DNA of 63,481 nt, filler included, from Theionarchaea archaeon (GTDB lineage: Archaea > Methanobacteriota_B > Thermococci > Methanofastidiosales > SZ-28-30): the NCBI GenBank assembly GCA_018992565.1. It is 5 parts of 5 records of this genome, joined end to end, with 100 filler letters (N's around TTAATTAATTAA, not from the genome) between each part and the next. Parts side by side here need not be neighbours in the genome. Positions count along the whole stretch, not along the records: positions 39,909 to 47,981 come from JACVGW010000103.1; positions 48,082 to 56,084 come from JACVGW010000104.1; 3 more parts are not named here. One strand, given 5' to 3'. How positions within the stretch are numbered: position 1 is the stretch's first letter; every line of letters starts with the position of its first letter. A model generated the notes under the pieces. The model was not told the origin of the DNA, made no database searches, and saw only the letters and a program-made list of their open reading frames with translations. Both the position numbers and the translations under genes were made by a program. Positions 40,916 to 51,765 of the stretch are shown here, in pieces.

Positions 40916-41545
40916 CTACATCACCCTCACTGCTTTTCCCATACTCGTTTTCATGTAAACAGCATGGATGTTGTTTTCCCCTCGCGGGAGCAGACGTTCA
41001 ACAGCGCCCAGAACGGCCACTGCGTTTTCTGCCAGGTCGTCCTCTGACATCTTTTCTGTTCCAACAAATGAGTGAACGACAGGTTGTCCCTTGCTGTCAA
41101 TCGCCACTGTCTTCTTCAACCGTTCAATAACTGGTTCCAGAGGAGCCATAGGGGGATGGGGCTTGGGCATCTTGTTCCTTCTTCCCAGCACAGGGCCCAG
41201 CGTTCGACCGATGAGTGGCATCATGTCTGCCTGGGCCAGAAAGAACTCATGAGAGTCTGCGATTCCCTTTGCCTTTTTCTTGTCAGCTCCCATATCCTCA
41301 ATATCCCCGGTGCTGTACACATCAACCTTCAATTTCTTAGCTCTCTGTGCCATGTCGCCCTCTGCAAAGACACCAATGCGTACTGGTTTTCCTCTCCCTC
41401 TGGGGAGGGTAACCTCGCTGCGTACTCTGCTCTCCGGCTGCTTGAAATCCAAGTCTTTGAGAGTAATGGTCATCTCAACAGACTGTTCAAATTTTCGCTG
41501 CGTATTCTTCACTTCTTGAATTGCCTTCTTCACTTTCTCTTCCAT
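40916..41545 (-). CDS. rpl1: 50S ribosomal protein L1
   Basis: RKFEQSVE, LPRGRG, LGPVLGRRNKMP, KTSMG. Confidence 0.95.
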   Translation of the reverse strand: MEEKVKKAIQEVKNTQRKFEQSVEMTITLKDLDFKQPESRVRSEVTLPRGRGKPVRIGVFAEGDMAQRAKKLKVDVYSTGDIEDMGADKKKAKGIADSHEFFLAQADMMPLIGRTLGPVLGRRNKMPKPHPPMAPLEPVIERLKKTVAIDSKGQPVVHSFVGTEKMSEDDLAENAVAVLGAVERLLPRGENNIHAVYMKTSMGKAVRVM

Positions 41546-41549
41546 AGTA

Positions 41550-41999
41550 TCACAGCTCCTTCTGGACTTCCCGGGGGTCCTTTCCTTCCACTGTGACACC
41601 CAAACTCACACAGGTGCCCATGACTTCCTTCATAGCGTTCTCTTCGGTGTAAGACAGCATATCGTCCATTTTTATGTGGGCTACCTTCTTCACCTGCTCC
41701 ATGGTAATGTCACCAACGGATTCAACTCCAGGAGTCTGGGCTCCCTTCTCCAACCCAAGTTCCTTCTTTACCAGAGCTGATACAGGTGGTGTGCCCACTT
41801 TTATTTCAAAATTCTTGGTTTCCGGATCAACAATGAGCTTAATGGGTACTTTCATACCGTCAAAGGCTGCAGTCTTTTCATTAATAGCTGCAATGACCTG
41901 GTTTAAGTTAAGCCCCAGGGGACCCAGGGCAGGCCCCAGAGGAGGCCCTGCTGTTGCTTTTCCTCCGTCCACCAATGCATCCACAGTCTGCTTCTTCAT
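41550..41999 (-). CDS. rpl11: 50S ribosomal protein L11
   Basis: [24 protein letters not shown]. Confidence 0.97.
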   Translation of the reverse strand: MKKQTVDALVDGGKATAGPPLGPALGPLGLNLNQVIAAINEKTAAFDGMKVPIKLIVDPETKNFEIKVGTPPVSALVKKELGLEKGAQTPGVESVGDITMEQVKKVAHIKMDDMLSYTEENAMKEVMGTCVSLGVTVEGKDPREVQKEL

Positions 42000-42001
42000 G
42001 T

Positions 42002-42448
42002 CTATCCCTTCTTTTGTACAATTCTTACGTAGTCGCCTCTGACTGTTATAGGAATGGGAACGATAGCCTCAATCAATTCAATAGTCAGCTCTTCCTTATC
42101 CACATCAATGCGGATGACCTTGGCCCGTTCGCCTTTGAAAGGACCAGCTATCAATTCCACAATATCTCCTTTTTCGATACCGGTCACTGTAGGCTTAGCT
42201 TCCAGAAAGTGCTCAATCTCTGAGAACTCTATTTCACCTTCCAGAATACTTCTCACATGCCTGAGACCTTCTATAGCTTCCTCTACAGGTCCCTTATCTT
42301 CCGCCTCTATGAAGAGATACCCTTTTAAAACTTCCGGTGCCAGAATGCTCTGGACTTCAATACCTCGACTGCGGATCTTGCTCTCCAGCATGCGAGCTAC
42401 GTTTCGTTCTTGGTTTAGTGTCACTTTCAACGCATAGATCATTTCCAT
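42002..42448 (-). CDS. spt5: Transcription elongation factor Spt5/NusG
   Basis: NGN domain (KGYLFIEA) and KOW ([13 protein letters not shown]). Confidence 0.95.
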   Translation of the reverse strand: MEMIYALKVTLNQERNVARMLESKIRSRGIEVQSILAPEVLKGYLFIEAEDKGPVEEAIEGLRHVRSILEGEIEFSEIEHFLEAKPTVTGIEKGDIVELIAGPFKGERAKVIRIDVDKEELTIELIEAIVPIPITVRGDYVRIVQKKG

Positions 42449-42633
42449 CAACCGTAAAACCTGGTAATGAGCTGTGAGACGAGCTTTATTAGAAACCCAA
42501 CAGCCCCAATGACGACAATACCCAGGCCGGTAACCTTGGCCACCTGCTGGTATTCTTTGCTATCGGGTTTTCGAGCCAGCCGCAATACTCGTGTATAAGT
42601 TCCCAGTTTCTCTTTTATATCCATTGAATCCAC
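42448..42633 (-). CDS. secE: Protein translocase SecE/Sec61-gamma
   Basis: YTRVLRLARKP...GLGIVVIGAVGF. Confidence 0.93.
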   Translation of the reverse strand: MDSMDIKEKLGTYTRVLRLARKPDSKEYQQVAKVTGLGIVVIGAVGFLIKLVSQLITRFYG

Positions 42634-43743
42634 CTATAAGAATTCTATTCCTAGATCCAGCTTCTTGTATTCTCCTTCTTTCTCCACCATAATGCCTTTC
42701 TGAGGACCCAGAATGTAGGGAGAATTCACTCCTGCCAGAACAACCATCACCCGCATGGTCCCATGCAGTTCTTCCTCGATTTGGGCACCCCAGATGATAG
42801 TAGCTTCGGGGTTTAATTCGTTGGAGACAGTCTCCACCACATGCTCTGCTTCTTCCAGTTTCAGGTCTGAAGAGCCTGTAATATTGATTAAAGCACCATT
42901 GGCTCCTGTAATATCCACATCAATCAAGGGGGAGTGTAGAGCATCAGATACCGCTTCCTCACCTCTGCGGTCAGTGTCTGATTCACCCATGCCGATCATG
43001 GCTACTCCTCCATCCTTCATGACGGAGCGAACATCAGCAAAGTCCAGGTTGACCAGTCCCGGCTGTGTTATCAGGTCAGTTATGCCTTTTACTGCCCGGA
43101 TCAGAATGTCATCTGCCACCCTGAACGCTGCAGTAATAGGAAGTCCGGGAGCCATCTCAAGCAATTTGTCATTGGGAATGACAATAACAGTATCGGAGGC
43201 TTTTCTCAGATTTTCCAGGCCACGCTCTGCATTTCGCTGTCTTCTCATTCCTTCTACCGTGAAAGGTAAGGTAACAATGGAGACAGTCAAGGCACCTATC
43301 TTACGTGCTACTTCTGCCACAACGGGTGATGCCCCACTACCTGTACCTCCACCCAGTCCACAGGTGACGAAAACCATGTCTGCCCCTTCAATTGCATCTC
43401 TGATTAGCCGTTCATCTTCCCTGGCACATTCTTCTGCTATGATTGGATCATTTCCTGCTCCCAATCCGCCAGTGATGGTCCTGCCAATGAGGAGCTTGGT
43501 CTGGGCCGCCTTCTTCAGGAGGTCCTGGGCATCTGTATTGACAGATATCTTTTCGGCTGCCTCTACTCCCACTTCAAATAATCTCTGGACTGCATTGCAC
43601 CCTGCTCCGCCAACGCCAACTACTTTGATCTTGGCCTGGCTCGAACGGAGGATTTCTTCCAGTTCCTCATCCATGGGGGATGAATAGTGGGAAGCCTCTT
43701 CACGCGAAACATTTTGGACAGCATGTTCAGCAATAGAGCGCAT
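42634..43743 (-). CDS. ftsZ: Cell division protein FtsZ
   Basis: [24 protein letters not shown]. Confidence 0.97.
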   Translation of the reverse strand: MRSIAEHAVQNVSREEASHYSSPMDEELEEILRSSQAKIKVVGVGGAGCNAVQRLFEVGVEAAEKISVNTDAQDLLKKAAQTKLLIGRTITGGLGAGNDPIIAEECAREDERLIRDAIEGADMVFVTCGLGGGTGSGASPVVAEVARKIGALTVSIVTLPFTVEGMRRQRNAERGLENLRKASDTVIVIPNDKLLEMAPGLPITAAFRVADDILIRAVKGITDLITQPGLVNLDFADVRSVMKDGGVAMIGMGESDTDRRGEEAVSDALHSPLIDVDITGANGALINITGSSDLKLEEAEHVVETVSNELNPEATIIWGAQIEEELHGTMRVMVVLAGVNSPYILGPQKGIMVEKEGEYKKLDLGIEFL

Positions 43744-43937
43744 TTTCTCACTCCTGTAAGGATAACTTATTATGGGGATTGTTAGGTTTATACCTGTGAG
43801 CCTTTATAAAGCTTTTTATAGGAGAAAGCTCATCAAGGGGGAATTGTCAGGGTTGTTTCCCTCATGAGGGTACCATATTTTGGATATAGGTTCAATATGG
43901 GCAGTCATGGGGAAGGGTAGTTCTACAGAGCTTTCAG

Positions 43938-44011
43938 TGGACTCGGCGGGATTCGAACCCGCGGCCTCTGCCTTGCGAAGGCAGCGCTCATACCAACTGA
44001 GCTACGAGCCC
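43938..44011 (-). tRNA. tRNA-Ala (anticodon CGC)
   Basis: Reverse complement GGGCTCG...CTGCC-TTCGCAA-GGCAG...GGTTCGAATCC...CGAGTCC-A; G3:U70 alanine identity pair. Confidence 0.95.
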
Positions 44012-44299
44012 TGGACTACACTGAGTGATTACCATATAAAGAGGTTTGGGTTGCAACCCGTGATACACCTTCGATGATAGCTCCATTCTCCAGATACCTA
44101 ACCCTCTTTCTTCCCCGGAAAATCCATGCTTCAGGTTAGAAAAAGTCTGTACCATAAATTGAAAAGAGGACTATATGGCAGAAATGACACTGCACGTCAC
44201 GTATGCAGAAGACTTCCATAGTTGAGATTCAAAGCACAGCAAAAACTGTCAATTCAAGGCACGGGAACTTTTTTATATTTCTAATCCAGGAGAGGGTCC

Positions 44300-45220
44300 A
44301 TGGCTATCATTGAAACCGAGGACCTTACCAGAACGTTTGACACGCGACAGGCAGTGCAGAACCTGACCATGCACGTAGAAAAAGGTGAAGTCTTGGGATT
44401 TCTGGGGCCAAATGGTGCTGGAAAGACCACAACTGTCCGGATGCTCTCCGGCATTATTAGCCCCACTGCGGGACACGCTACTGTGGCCGGGTTCGACGTC
44501 AGTGAAAACGTAGACGAGCTCCATGAACACATTGGGCTCCTCACAGAGACTCCCGGATTCTATGAACGATTGAGCGCATGGGAGAACCTCCTCTACTTTG
44601 GACGGTTCTATGCCATTGATGCAGAATCCCAGGCCGCCATTTATTTGAAGCGATTTGGACTGTGGGAGAGACGAAATGATAAGGTGGGAACGTTTTCCAA
44701 AGGCATGAGCCAGCGTCTGGCACTGGCCCGGGCCCTGTTGCATGAACCTGACATATTATTCCTGGATGAGCCTACTGCAGGTCTTGATCCCAAATCTGCC
44801 AGAGAAGTACGTGATCTCATTATGGATTTGAAGAAAATGGGAAGAACTGTCTTCCTATGCACTCATAACCTGGAGGAGGCAGAACTACTCTGTGATAGAA
44901 TTGCAGTGTTTCAGACCAGGTTAATTGCCATGGACACTCCTGAAAATCTGAGGAGCAGCCTGTTCCGCAGAGAAGTGGTAGTGGAGCTTGAATCACTGGA
45001 TGACGCCATACTAACCACCGTCCAGAACCTGGACTTTGTCGAGACTGTGAAGAGGGATAAGACCTCCTTGATCCTGGAGCTACAGGACTTTGACAGGAAT
45101 CGTCCTGCCCTGGTAAGAGCTATTGTGGAAAAAAACGGCAATATCACAAGTGTCTTTGAGAAGAAGCATACGCTGGAGGACGTTTATCTGACCCTGACAA
45201 GAGAGGAGGAAGAATTATGA
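44300..45220 (+). CDS. ABC transporter ATP-binding protein
   Basis: GPNGAGKTT, FSKGM, LFLDEPT. Confidence 0.95.
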   Translation: MAIIETEDLTRTFDTRQAVQNLTMHVEKGEVLGFLGPNGAGKTTTVRMLSGIISPTAGHATVAGFDVSENVDELHEHIGLLTETPGFYERLSAWENLLYFGRFYAIDAESQAAIYLKRFGLWERRNDKVGTFSKGMSQRLALARALLHEPDILFLDEPTAGLDPKSAREVRDLIMDLKKMGRTVFLCTHNLEEAELLCDRIAVFQTRLIAMDTPENLRSSLFRREVVVELESLDDAILTTVQNLDFVETVKRDKTSLILELQDFDRNRPALVRAIVEKNGNITSVFEKKHTLEDVYLTLTREEEEL

Positions 45221-46044
45221 ACAGAAGGAATTCAGCTCAGAAAAGGATAACGAATGTCATGAAAAAGGAATGGAAGGTTGTCTTCAGCGATCTGAATTCT
45301 GGTATGTTTGTCACAGTGCTGCCTTTCATCATCATGGTTCAGGCTCTGGTGGTACTGTATCTGGTTTCTCGATATGCAGGTCCTGCAGCTCTCCAGAATA
45401 CAATTCTGAGAGCAGGAATGGAGAAATGGCTGCAGGTATTCCCGGAAATATCGCAGCTATCTGTTGCAGAACAGTTTCAGGTCTTTTTCATGGGGCAGAT
45501 TCCCTATTACTTCTTGCTGATTCCGACAATGATAGCAGTGAGTTTTGCCACGTTCAGTATTGTTGAGGAAAAGCAGACCAGAACATTAGAGCCACTTCTG
45601 GCCACCCCTGTAAGAACCTGGGAACTGCTGTTGGGAAAATCACTGGCAGGCCTTTTCCCCTCGCTGATCCTTACCTGGATTGTTGCAGGATGCTTCCTGG
45701 GTATGATTGCTGCCATCGGTTGGGGTAACCTGATTCAGTACGTGGTCAATCGATTGTGGGTTGTTTCTCTTGTTCTCCTTGTCCCCCTCATCTCATTTTT
45801 GTCTTTCATGCTGGGCGTGATAGGATCTTCCCGTGCACGTGATCCCAAAGGTGCTCAGAACTTGGCGATAATCATTGTGCTGCCAGTACTTGCCATTGTC
45901 ATCATGCAATTGGTGGGAGTGACCGTACTTGTTGGAAGAACACTGCTCTTTGTATGTATGGGAATGGTGGTTCTGGATATCGTGTTCTTGAAGGCTGCTG
46001 TAGGCCTTTTCCAGCGCGAATCAATTGTTATCACGTGGCGCTGA
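45217..46044 (+). CDS. ABC-2 type permease
   Basis: EEKQTRTLEPLLATP...LLGK; multiple TM helices. Confidence 0.9.
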   Translation: MNRRNSAQKRITNVMKKEWKVVFSDLNSGMFVTVLPFIIMVQALVVLYLVSRYAGPAALQNTILRAGMEKWLQVFPEISQLSVAEQFQVFFMGQIPYYFLLIPTMIAVSFATFSIVEEKQTRTLEPLLATPVRTWELLLGKSLAGLFPSLILTWIVAGCFLGMIAAIGWGNLIQYVVNRLWVVSLVLLVPLISFLSFMLGVIGSSRARDPKGAQNLAIIIVLPVLAIVIMQLVGVTVLVGRTLLFVCMGMVVLDIVFLKAAVGLFQRESIVITWR

Positions 46045-46371
46045 CTGGGGCCTTCATTTTTCAGGAAAGCCTGGATCCATTGACCCGCATGCCTCAGAGA
46101 CCTCTCGATAGAGGAAGTCTCTTCTGATAGGTTATTGGTTGCTGTTATTACAGCTTTGCACGAAGTGCATCCGACTGAGTTATCTGAGAAGACAAAGGCT
46201 TATATCTATAAAAAAGAGGGAGAGAAAGGTTTTTATTGAAGCAATCAAAGCATGCAGGACGAAAGAAGGGGATTCTCATGAATAGTCAGAGACTGACGTA
46301 CGCTAGAGCGTATGTGGAAGACTCTTATACTGGTGCTGGCTTCAGCTCTGGGAATGGAAAGGAGGAAAACT

Positions 46372-46884
46372 ATGAGTGAATGGAAGGATTTTGTCCATAA
46401 TGCACATCCTTATCTCTTCGTTACTGTGGGAGGACTATGTGCAGTGGCGCAGATCATTCTGGCAGTGGTCTTCTATAACCGGGAAGGTTCCTCCCTTATT
46501 GCCACTATTGGATGGATCACTCTGTGGACTGCTGGGGGTTTCGGTGTTATGCCCATTATCACTTTTCGTAGAAAAGGTGGAGTTGAAAAAGGAGACTCTT
46601 ATATGCGCACCACGAAACTCGTGGATTCTGGGATGTATGCTGTGGTCAGGCATCCCCAGAATGGCGTTGCGTGGATTTTGATAAATCTTGGAATAATGCT
46701 TGTGGCACAGCAGGTACTGGTAGTGACTTTCGGCGTTCTTTCCATGATATTCGGGTACCTGGACCTGTTCAAGGAAGAGGAGCGGTGCATTGAAAAGTTT
46801 GGGGAGAAATACAGGTTATATATGAAAAGGGTGCCCAGGGTCAACGTTCTATTGGGGATTGTCAGGGTTCTAAAAAGAAGATAG
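46372..46884 (+). CDS. ICMT/PEMT-like membrane methyltransferase
   Basis: LVDSGMYAVVRHPQ, EE...FGEKY..YMKRVPR. Confidence 0.85.
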   Translation: MSEWKDFVHNAHPYLFVTVGGLCAVAQIILAVVFYNREGSSLIATIGWITLWTAGGFGVMPIITFRRKGGVEKGDSYMRTTKLVDSGMYAVVRHPQNGVAWILINLGIMLVAQQVLVVTFGVLSMIFGYLDLFKEEERCIEKFGEKYRLYMKRVPRVNVLLGIVRVLKRR

Positions 46885-46921
46885 GACAGGCTCTTGTTGG
46901 GTATGATAACAAAGAGTCATA

Positions 46922-47296
46922 TTACTCAAACATGCGAAGAGCTTCTTCTTTGGTTATGTGCTGTCTGTGCTCCTGATCCTTCCAGAGCTTCCTGAAAAAA
47001 TAGAGATACTCGTAGAAATCAAGGATATCGCGCGTGTAGACTATTTCATGGCTTTCTATGACTTCTGCTTTCAAATACAAGGGCATAATCTCAAATATTT
47101 TAATATCATAATTAAGATGGAGCGTTTCTCGGTAAATCTTTGATGTATCTGCACCAGGTGCCACGATACATATGTCTGTGTCACTTCTTTCAGTATCTTC
47201 TCCTTTGGCTCTGGAACCATAGACCACAACAGCAAGGACGTCGGTTTCCAGAAATTCAAAATCCTTCTTCAATCTTTCAATGTCTCTCTTATCCAT
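46922..47296 (-). CDS. Minimal nucleotidyltransferase (MntA-type antitoxin)
   Basis: YGSRAKGEDTERSDTD (GSX10DXD). Confidence 0.85.
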   Translation of the reverse strand: MDKRDIERLKKDFEFLETDVLAVVVYGSRAKGEDTERSDTDICIVAPGADTSKIYRETLHLNYDIKIFEIMPLYLKAEVIESHEIVYTRDILDFYEYLYFFRKLWKDQEHRQHITKEEALRMFE

Positions 47297-47697
47297 TTCT
47301 TAACACCCTTGACGAATTCTGTGACACCAGGCAGGATTTCTCTTATGCTTTCAAGTGCTAAGAGGTCATCTGTAGTATTATATCTATGAACAAGCCTATT
47401 TCTAAGTCCGTTGGCTTCTACCAGAGATTCCAGACTGTCAAGAGATATTTGACCTTTGAGCGTCTCAATATTGGCATAGTCGTCTCTTGGGGGAAACCCA
47501 AGATCTTTTAAAATCATGGCTATGATGTCCATACATGCTTCTGCTACTTCTTGAAATGCCTTGTATGTTGCCAGTTTTGTCTTATCATCTATCTCAAATT
47601 CCTCGGGGGATATGGTTGTCCATTCTCTTATTTCAGTGCTTCTCTTTGAGATAAGGTTGATCTTGTCCAGGTATCTTCTTGCTCTATCTTTATCCAT
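47269..47697 (-). CDS. HEPN/DUF86 ribonuclease (HepT-type toxin)
   Basis: RNRLVHRY (RX4HXY). Confidence 0.88.
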   Translation of the reverse strand: MDKDRARRYLDKINLISKRSTEIREWTTISPEEFEIDDKTKLATYKAFQEVAEACMDIIAMILKDLGFPPRDDYANIETLKGQISLDSLESLVEANGLRNRLVHRYNTTDDLLALESIREILPGVTEFVKGVKKWIRETLKD

Positions 47698-47981
47698 TTT
47701 TCATCATCCTGGTCTTTGGATCGTGTGGCTTCAGAATCTCTATTAACAGAACCCTTTCCAACTTTATAAGTGTTATCCATGATCTATAGACAGAGTTTCA
47801 GGTATTTCCATACTCTTCAACGCCTGAATCTGTATGGAATCCTTGGTTCAGGCTCCTCAGATAGTACATTCATGAGTTGGGTCAATTCCTTTGTGGTTTT
47901 TCTGGATTCTTAATCGTACAAGAATGCATGACTGTGCGCCAGGAGAGAAAAGGTTATATAAGACCACTTTCGCTGGTGTTA

Positions 47982-48081
47982 NNNNNNNNNNNNNNNNNNN
48001 NNNNNNNNNNNNNNNNNNNNNNNNNTTAATTAATTAANNNNNNNNNNNNNNNNNNNNNNNNNNNNNNNNNNNNNNNNNNNN
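47982..48081. other. Artificial contig-join spacer
   Basis: N-TTAATTAATTAA-N. Confidence 0.97.
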
Positions 48082-48126
48082 GAACCCACGCAAACCTTTT
48101 TTACCCTGAGACCATGTACATCCATA

Positions 48127-49365
48127 ATGAAGCATCAGAGTTTTGAGACCCCTCGATGCAAGATCTTTGTGGATATGCATAAGACCACCGGTATCTCCCG
48201 GGAGAAGTGCATTTACTGTAAGGGCCGGTTACTGTGTGGTCTCCCCAAATGTCCCGTGTTTGAGCAGGTCCATGTCCAGAGCAAGGTAGAGTTGACTGAT
48301 CAGTTTTTTGGACCCTCCCCCTCCGTTTTCGTGGGCTGGCAAAACTATCCCCGGGTGTATGCAGGTCCCCTGTCGCTGAATTTCAGTCCTGATGATCCTT
48401 CTCTCTTTGATAGCCCCGGACACTGGTATGGGTCCGAGCTACCTCAGATTGTGGATTTACGTTCTGCCCTCATCCGGTCAAAGGAAAAGGTCAACGTCAA
48501 TATACCCTCAGAACCTCTGCAGCTCCTAGCACTGGCCAGGAAACCACCTGACATTGAAGTGACCCTGCGGAGGAAGCCCACCTTCAATATCGTGTTTTCA
48601 GCAATTGCACAGCCTATGGGACCATCGGGGATGATCAAGGACATGGAGATTACAGAAAATGTTGCCGTTGACAACCCTGTGGAGAAGGTGACTACTGATG
48701 AGATGAGTGCGCAGGATGCAGTCTGGAAGCTGTATACCTCCGATGTTGATGTATATGCTCTGGCCCGGCTCATGAGTGCAGGCCTCTTGGGCATCAAGAA
48801 GAAAATGGTTCCCACCCGGTGGAGTATCACCACTGTGGATAATATTCTCGGCAACATTCTCATAGAAAAAATCAAGGATTTCCCTGTCCTGAGTGAATAT
48901 ACCGTGTACAGCAATGAGTATCTGGGAAACCACTTTGAAATCCTATTTCTGCCCCAGAGATGGGAGTACGAACAGCTGGAAGCCTGGGTTCCCAACACGT
49001 TCTGGACTTTTGGTATGGAGGAAACCCGGATTATTGGAGAGCATGAAACCTATACGGGGCGAAGTGATTATGCCATACGAGAAGGTGGGGGGTACTACGC
49101 TGTGAGGATGGCGTGCCTGGAGAAGCTCCAGGAGCTTAGGAAGCAGGCAACGGTCTTAGTATTCCGAGAGACCACACCTGACTATTTTCTATGTGTGGGG
49201 GTGTGGGAATGCAGGGAAAATGTGAGAAATGCCAGTAACACAGGTAGGTTCCCCACGCTTCAGGAAGCTTTAGATGACATATCCTCCCGTCTCACTATCC
49301 CCATGAGAGAATGGAAGGCGAAATCGGTGATCTTGAGCCAGACTAAGCTTGATTCCTGGATATGA
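48127..49365 (+). CDS. nreA: Nre family DNA repair protein (start may be slightly downstream)
   Basis: CIYCKGRLLCGLPKCP, PSVFVG..NYP, VPTRWSIT, GGYYA, VGVWECRENVR, C-terminal PIP-like QTKLDSWI. Confidence 0.88.
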   Translation: MKHQSFETPRCKIFVDMHKTTGISREKCIYCKGRLLCGLPKCPVFEQVHVQSKVELTDQFFGPSPSVFVGWQNYPRVYAGPLSLNFSPDDPSLFDSPGHWYGSELPQIVDLRSALIRSKEKVNVNIPSEPLQLLALARKPPDIEVTLRRKPTFNIVFSAIAQPMGPSGMIKDMEITENVAVDNPVEKVTTDEMSAQDAVWKLYTSDVDVYALARLMSAGLLGIKKKMVPTRWSITTVDNILGNILIEKIKDFPVLSEYTVYSNEYLGNHFEILFLPQRWEYEQLEAWVPNTFWTFGMEETRIIGEHETYTGRSDYAIREGGGYYAVRMACLEKLQELRKQATVLVFRETTPDYFLCVGVWECRENVRNASNTGRFPTLQEALDDISSRLTIPMREWKAKSVILSQTKLDSWI

Positions 49366-49579
49366 CTGGCTTCCCAGTGGTCTATAGGGATACCTTTTTT
49401 TGTCTTTATTCTTTTCTGGACTATTCATCGTATTCCGGATTATTGCAGGTGCTATCACTTCTGCGAAAGTGCAAAAACGCTAAATCAAATAAATTTTCCT
49501 GTTTTAGATAAATATTGAGCAATTAAATGCAAAAAGAGTTATATATTTATTAGATAATTGAGAAATGAGGTGATTACAC

Positions 49580-49654
49580 ATGAATTTGGAATATGCACTG
49601 GCAAAACTGAGGATAGAGGAGAGCCACAAGAACACATTCCAGAACAAGGTGTGA
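49580..49654 (+). CDS. Putative 24-aa small protein (MNLEYALAKLRIEESHKNTFQNKV)
   Basis: GAGGTGA RBS, TTATATA box upstream, pyrimidine-rich tract downstream. Confidence 0.4.
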   Translation: MNLEYALAKLRIEESHKNTFQNKV

Positions 49655-49820
49655 GGCTCTCACTTCTTCTTTATTTGGATTTCTCATTTCCATGTCCCGA
49701 AAGGTTAGATCAGTTCATGTGAAGGAATGATTTCCTTGATTTTATGATTTCTCGTACGTATTCCTGCATCTGCAGCTGTAGTGTAAAAAAGGTTAAATAC
49801 ATCTTCGTCCTGTTCTTTTC

Positions 49821-50990
49821 ATGGATGTCGGAATTGTGGGAAAACCCAATGTAGGAAAATCTACCTTTTTCAATGCCTGTACCTTAGGAGCTGCAGAGGT
49901 GGCCAGCTACCCCTTTACCACCATTAAGTCCAATATTGGAGTTGCTTTTGTCACTGCTCCCTGTCCCTGCAAAGAACTGGAGATCCAGTGCAATCCCAAG
50001 AACTCCCGGTGCATCCAGGGGACGCGCCTCATACCCACCCGGATCATCGATGTGGCTGGACTGGTGCCAGAAGCTCACACAGGGAGGGGATTGGGAAACA
50101 GGTTCCTGGATGATATCATGCGCGCTGAGGTGCTGATCCACATTATCGATGCTTCAGGAAAAACAGACGAGGAAGGGAGACCCACCGAACACCATGATCC
50201 TCTGGAAGATATCAAGTTCTTGGAGCAGGAAATTGATGCCTGGTTCCTTGACAAGCTTACTGATAAATGGAAAAAACTGTCCAGAAGGGTGAGTTCAGAG
50301 CACCTAGACCTCCACAAGCTACTGGCAGAAAAATTCAACATTGTCACAGAAGAAGATATTCTTAGGGCACTGCATATTACAGGCTTTGATGCATCCAGAC
50401 CTGATGCCTGGAGTACACAGCAGTTGCAGGAGTTTTCCATTGAACTGAGAAAGATAACCAAACCCATCGTTATTGCAGCAAACAAGGCTGATGTTGCTCC
50501 TGAGGAGAATATTGAGCAATTGAAAGAGATAGGAGCTGTCCCCACCAGTGCAGAAGCTGAACTGGCCTTGAGGAGAGCAGAGATCCATGGACTGGTAACG
50601 TATGTCCCGGGAACCGACCACTTTGACGTCAATGCAGACCTTAATACTGCCCAGAAGCAGGCACTGGAAAAGATACAGCACTTCCTGTATCGATTTGGGT
50701 CTACAGGAGTGCAGGATTGCTTGAACCATGCTATATTTGACATATTGAACCGTATCGTCGTATATCCTGTTGAAAATGAGCATCACTATTCAGATTCCTT
50801 TGATAATGTTCTGCCCGATGCACACCTGATGCGCAGGGGTGACACTTCTCATGATCTGGCGTACAAAATTCACACAGATCTAGGTCAGACTTTCATCTAT
50901 GCAGTCAATGCCCGAACACGTATGCGTATAAAAGAGGACTATGAATTGCAGAATGGTGATATCATCAAAATTGTGGCAGCTGCCAAGTGA
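49821..50990 (+). CDS. ychF: YchF/OBG family ATPase with TGS domain
   Basis: GKPNVGKST, YPFTT, DVAG, NKAD, TGS (IHTD...GDII). Confidence 0.92.
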   Translation: MDVGIVGKPNVGKSTFFNACTLGAAEVASYPFTTIKSNIGVAFVTAPCPCKELEIQCNPKNSRCIQGTRLIPTRIIDVAGLVPEAHTGRGLGNRFLDDIMRAEVLIHIIDASGKTDEEGRPTEHHDPLEDIKFLEQEIDAWFLDKLTDKWKKLSRRVSSEHLDLHKLLAEKFNIVTEEDILRALHITGFDASRPDAWSTQQLQEFSIELRKITKPIVIAANKADVAPEENIEQLKEIGAVPTSAEAELALRRAEIHGLVTYVPGTDHFDVNADLNTAQKQALEKIQHFLYRFGSTGVQDCLNHAIFDILNRIVVYPVENEHHYSDSFDNVLPDAHLMRRGDTSHDLAYKIHTDLGQTFIYAVNARTRMRIKEDYELQNGDIIKIVAAAK

Positions 50991-51132
50991 TGCGGAAACC
51001 TTTATAAAGATGAATGCTTTTCAGTGGATAATGGACCGCTTTTGGTGGGTAGCTCTGCATAGCGTCAAGAAGACACTGACAGCAGGGCGAGGTGAAATCT
51101 GGCATGAAAGGACCAGTGCTAGCAAGAACTGT

Positions 51133-51765
51133 ATGCTATGGGGAATTGGGGAAATTGTAGTCATTTTTATGCTGGTTATTGGGTGTGTATTACGGCATTC
51201 TTTTGCTATTTCATCATGCGGACTCTGGGTGGCCTCTCTTGTAGGATCCCCCTTTCTCAATAAGAAAGACGCGGCCAATAAATCCTCTTCTGATTTGGGG
51301 GCACTCCTGGAGTCAGGACTGGGATATGTCATATACGAGAAAATACCCGACACGAGTATTCAGCTATTTCAATTACATGTCAACCAGGGAGAGAAGGGGT
51401 TGTTGGTCTCAAGGAAGTTCCCTGAACACACCAAGAGCAAGTATGATCTTGGGAATGTGGAGTATGTGTGGCTGAGCACTGCAGAAGGCGAGAACAACTG
51501 GATTGATCCCTGTAACCTTTCCAAGCTGCACCACGTGATTACAGATTTTATTCGCAATGCTTCCATCTCTATTGTCTTCCTGGAAGGATTCGAGTACTTG
51601 ATGGTGCGAAACAGCTTCTTGACAGCTCTAAAATTCGTGCAGAGTATCATGGATGAAGTAGTCTTACACCAATCCAGCCTGATACTTTCCATTAATCCAG
51701 ACGCTTTTAGTAAGGCAGAACTGGCGCTGATCAGAAGAGAATTGATAGAACTGAATGAGGACTAG
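51133..51765 (+). CDS. DUF835 domain membrane protein (inactive KaiC-like)
   Basis: GLLVSR, VWLS, IDP, IVFLEGFEYL...NSF...FV..IMD; two N-terminal TM helices; start uncertain. Confidence 0.8.
   Translation: MLWGIGEIVVIFMLVIGCVLRHSFAISSCGLWVASLVGSPFLNKKDAANKSSSDLGALLESGLGYVIYEKIPDTSIQLFQLHVNQGEKGLLVSRKFPEHTKSKYDLGNVEYVWLSTAEGENNWIDPCNLSKLHHVITDFIRNASISIVFLEGFEYLMVRNSFLTALKFVQSIMDEVVLHQSSLILSINPDAFSKAELALIRRELIELNED

Noticed and set aside
42755..43687. 310-aa ORF antisense to ftsZ, and similar antisense ORFs elsewhere
   Set aside because: Shadow frames of conserved genes with Ser/Pro-rich, non-protein-like composition.
43938..44011. tRNA genes as possible integration sites
   Set aside because: No duplicated tRNA 3' end or integrase seen near either tRNA.
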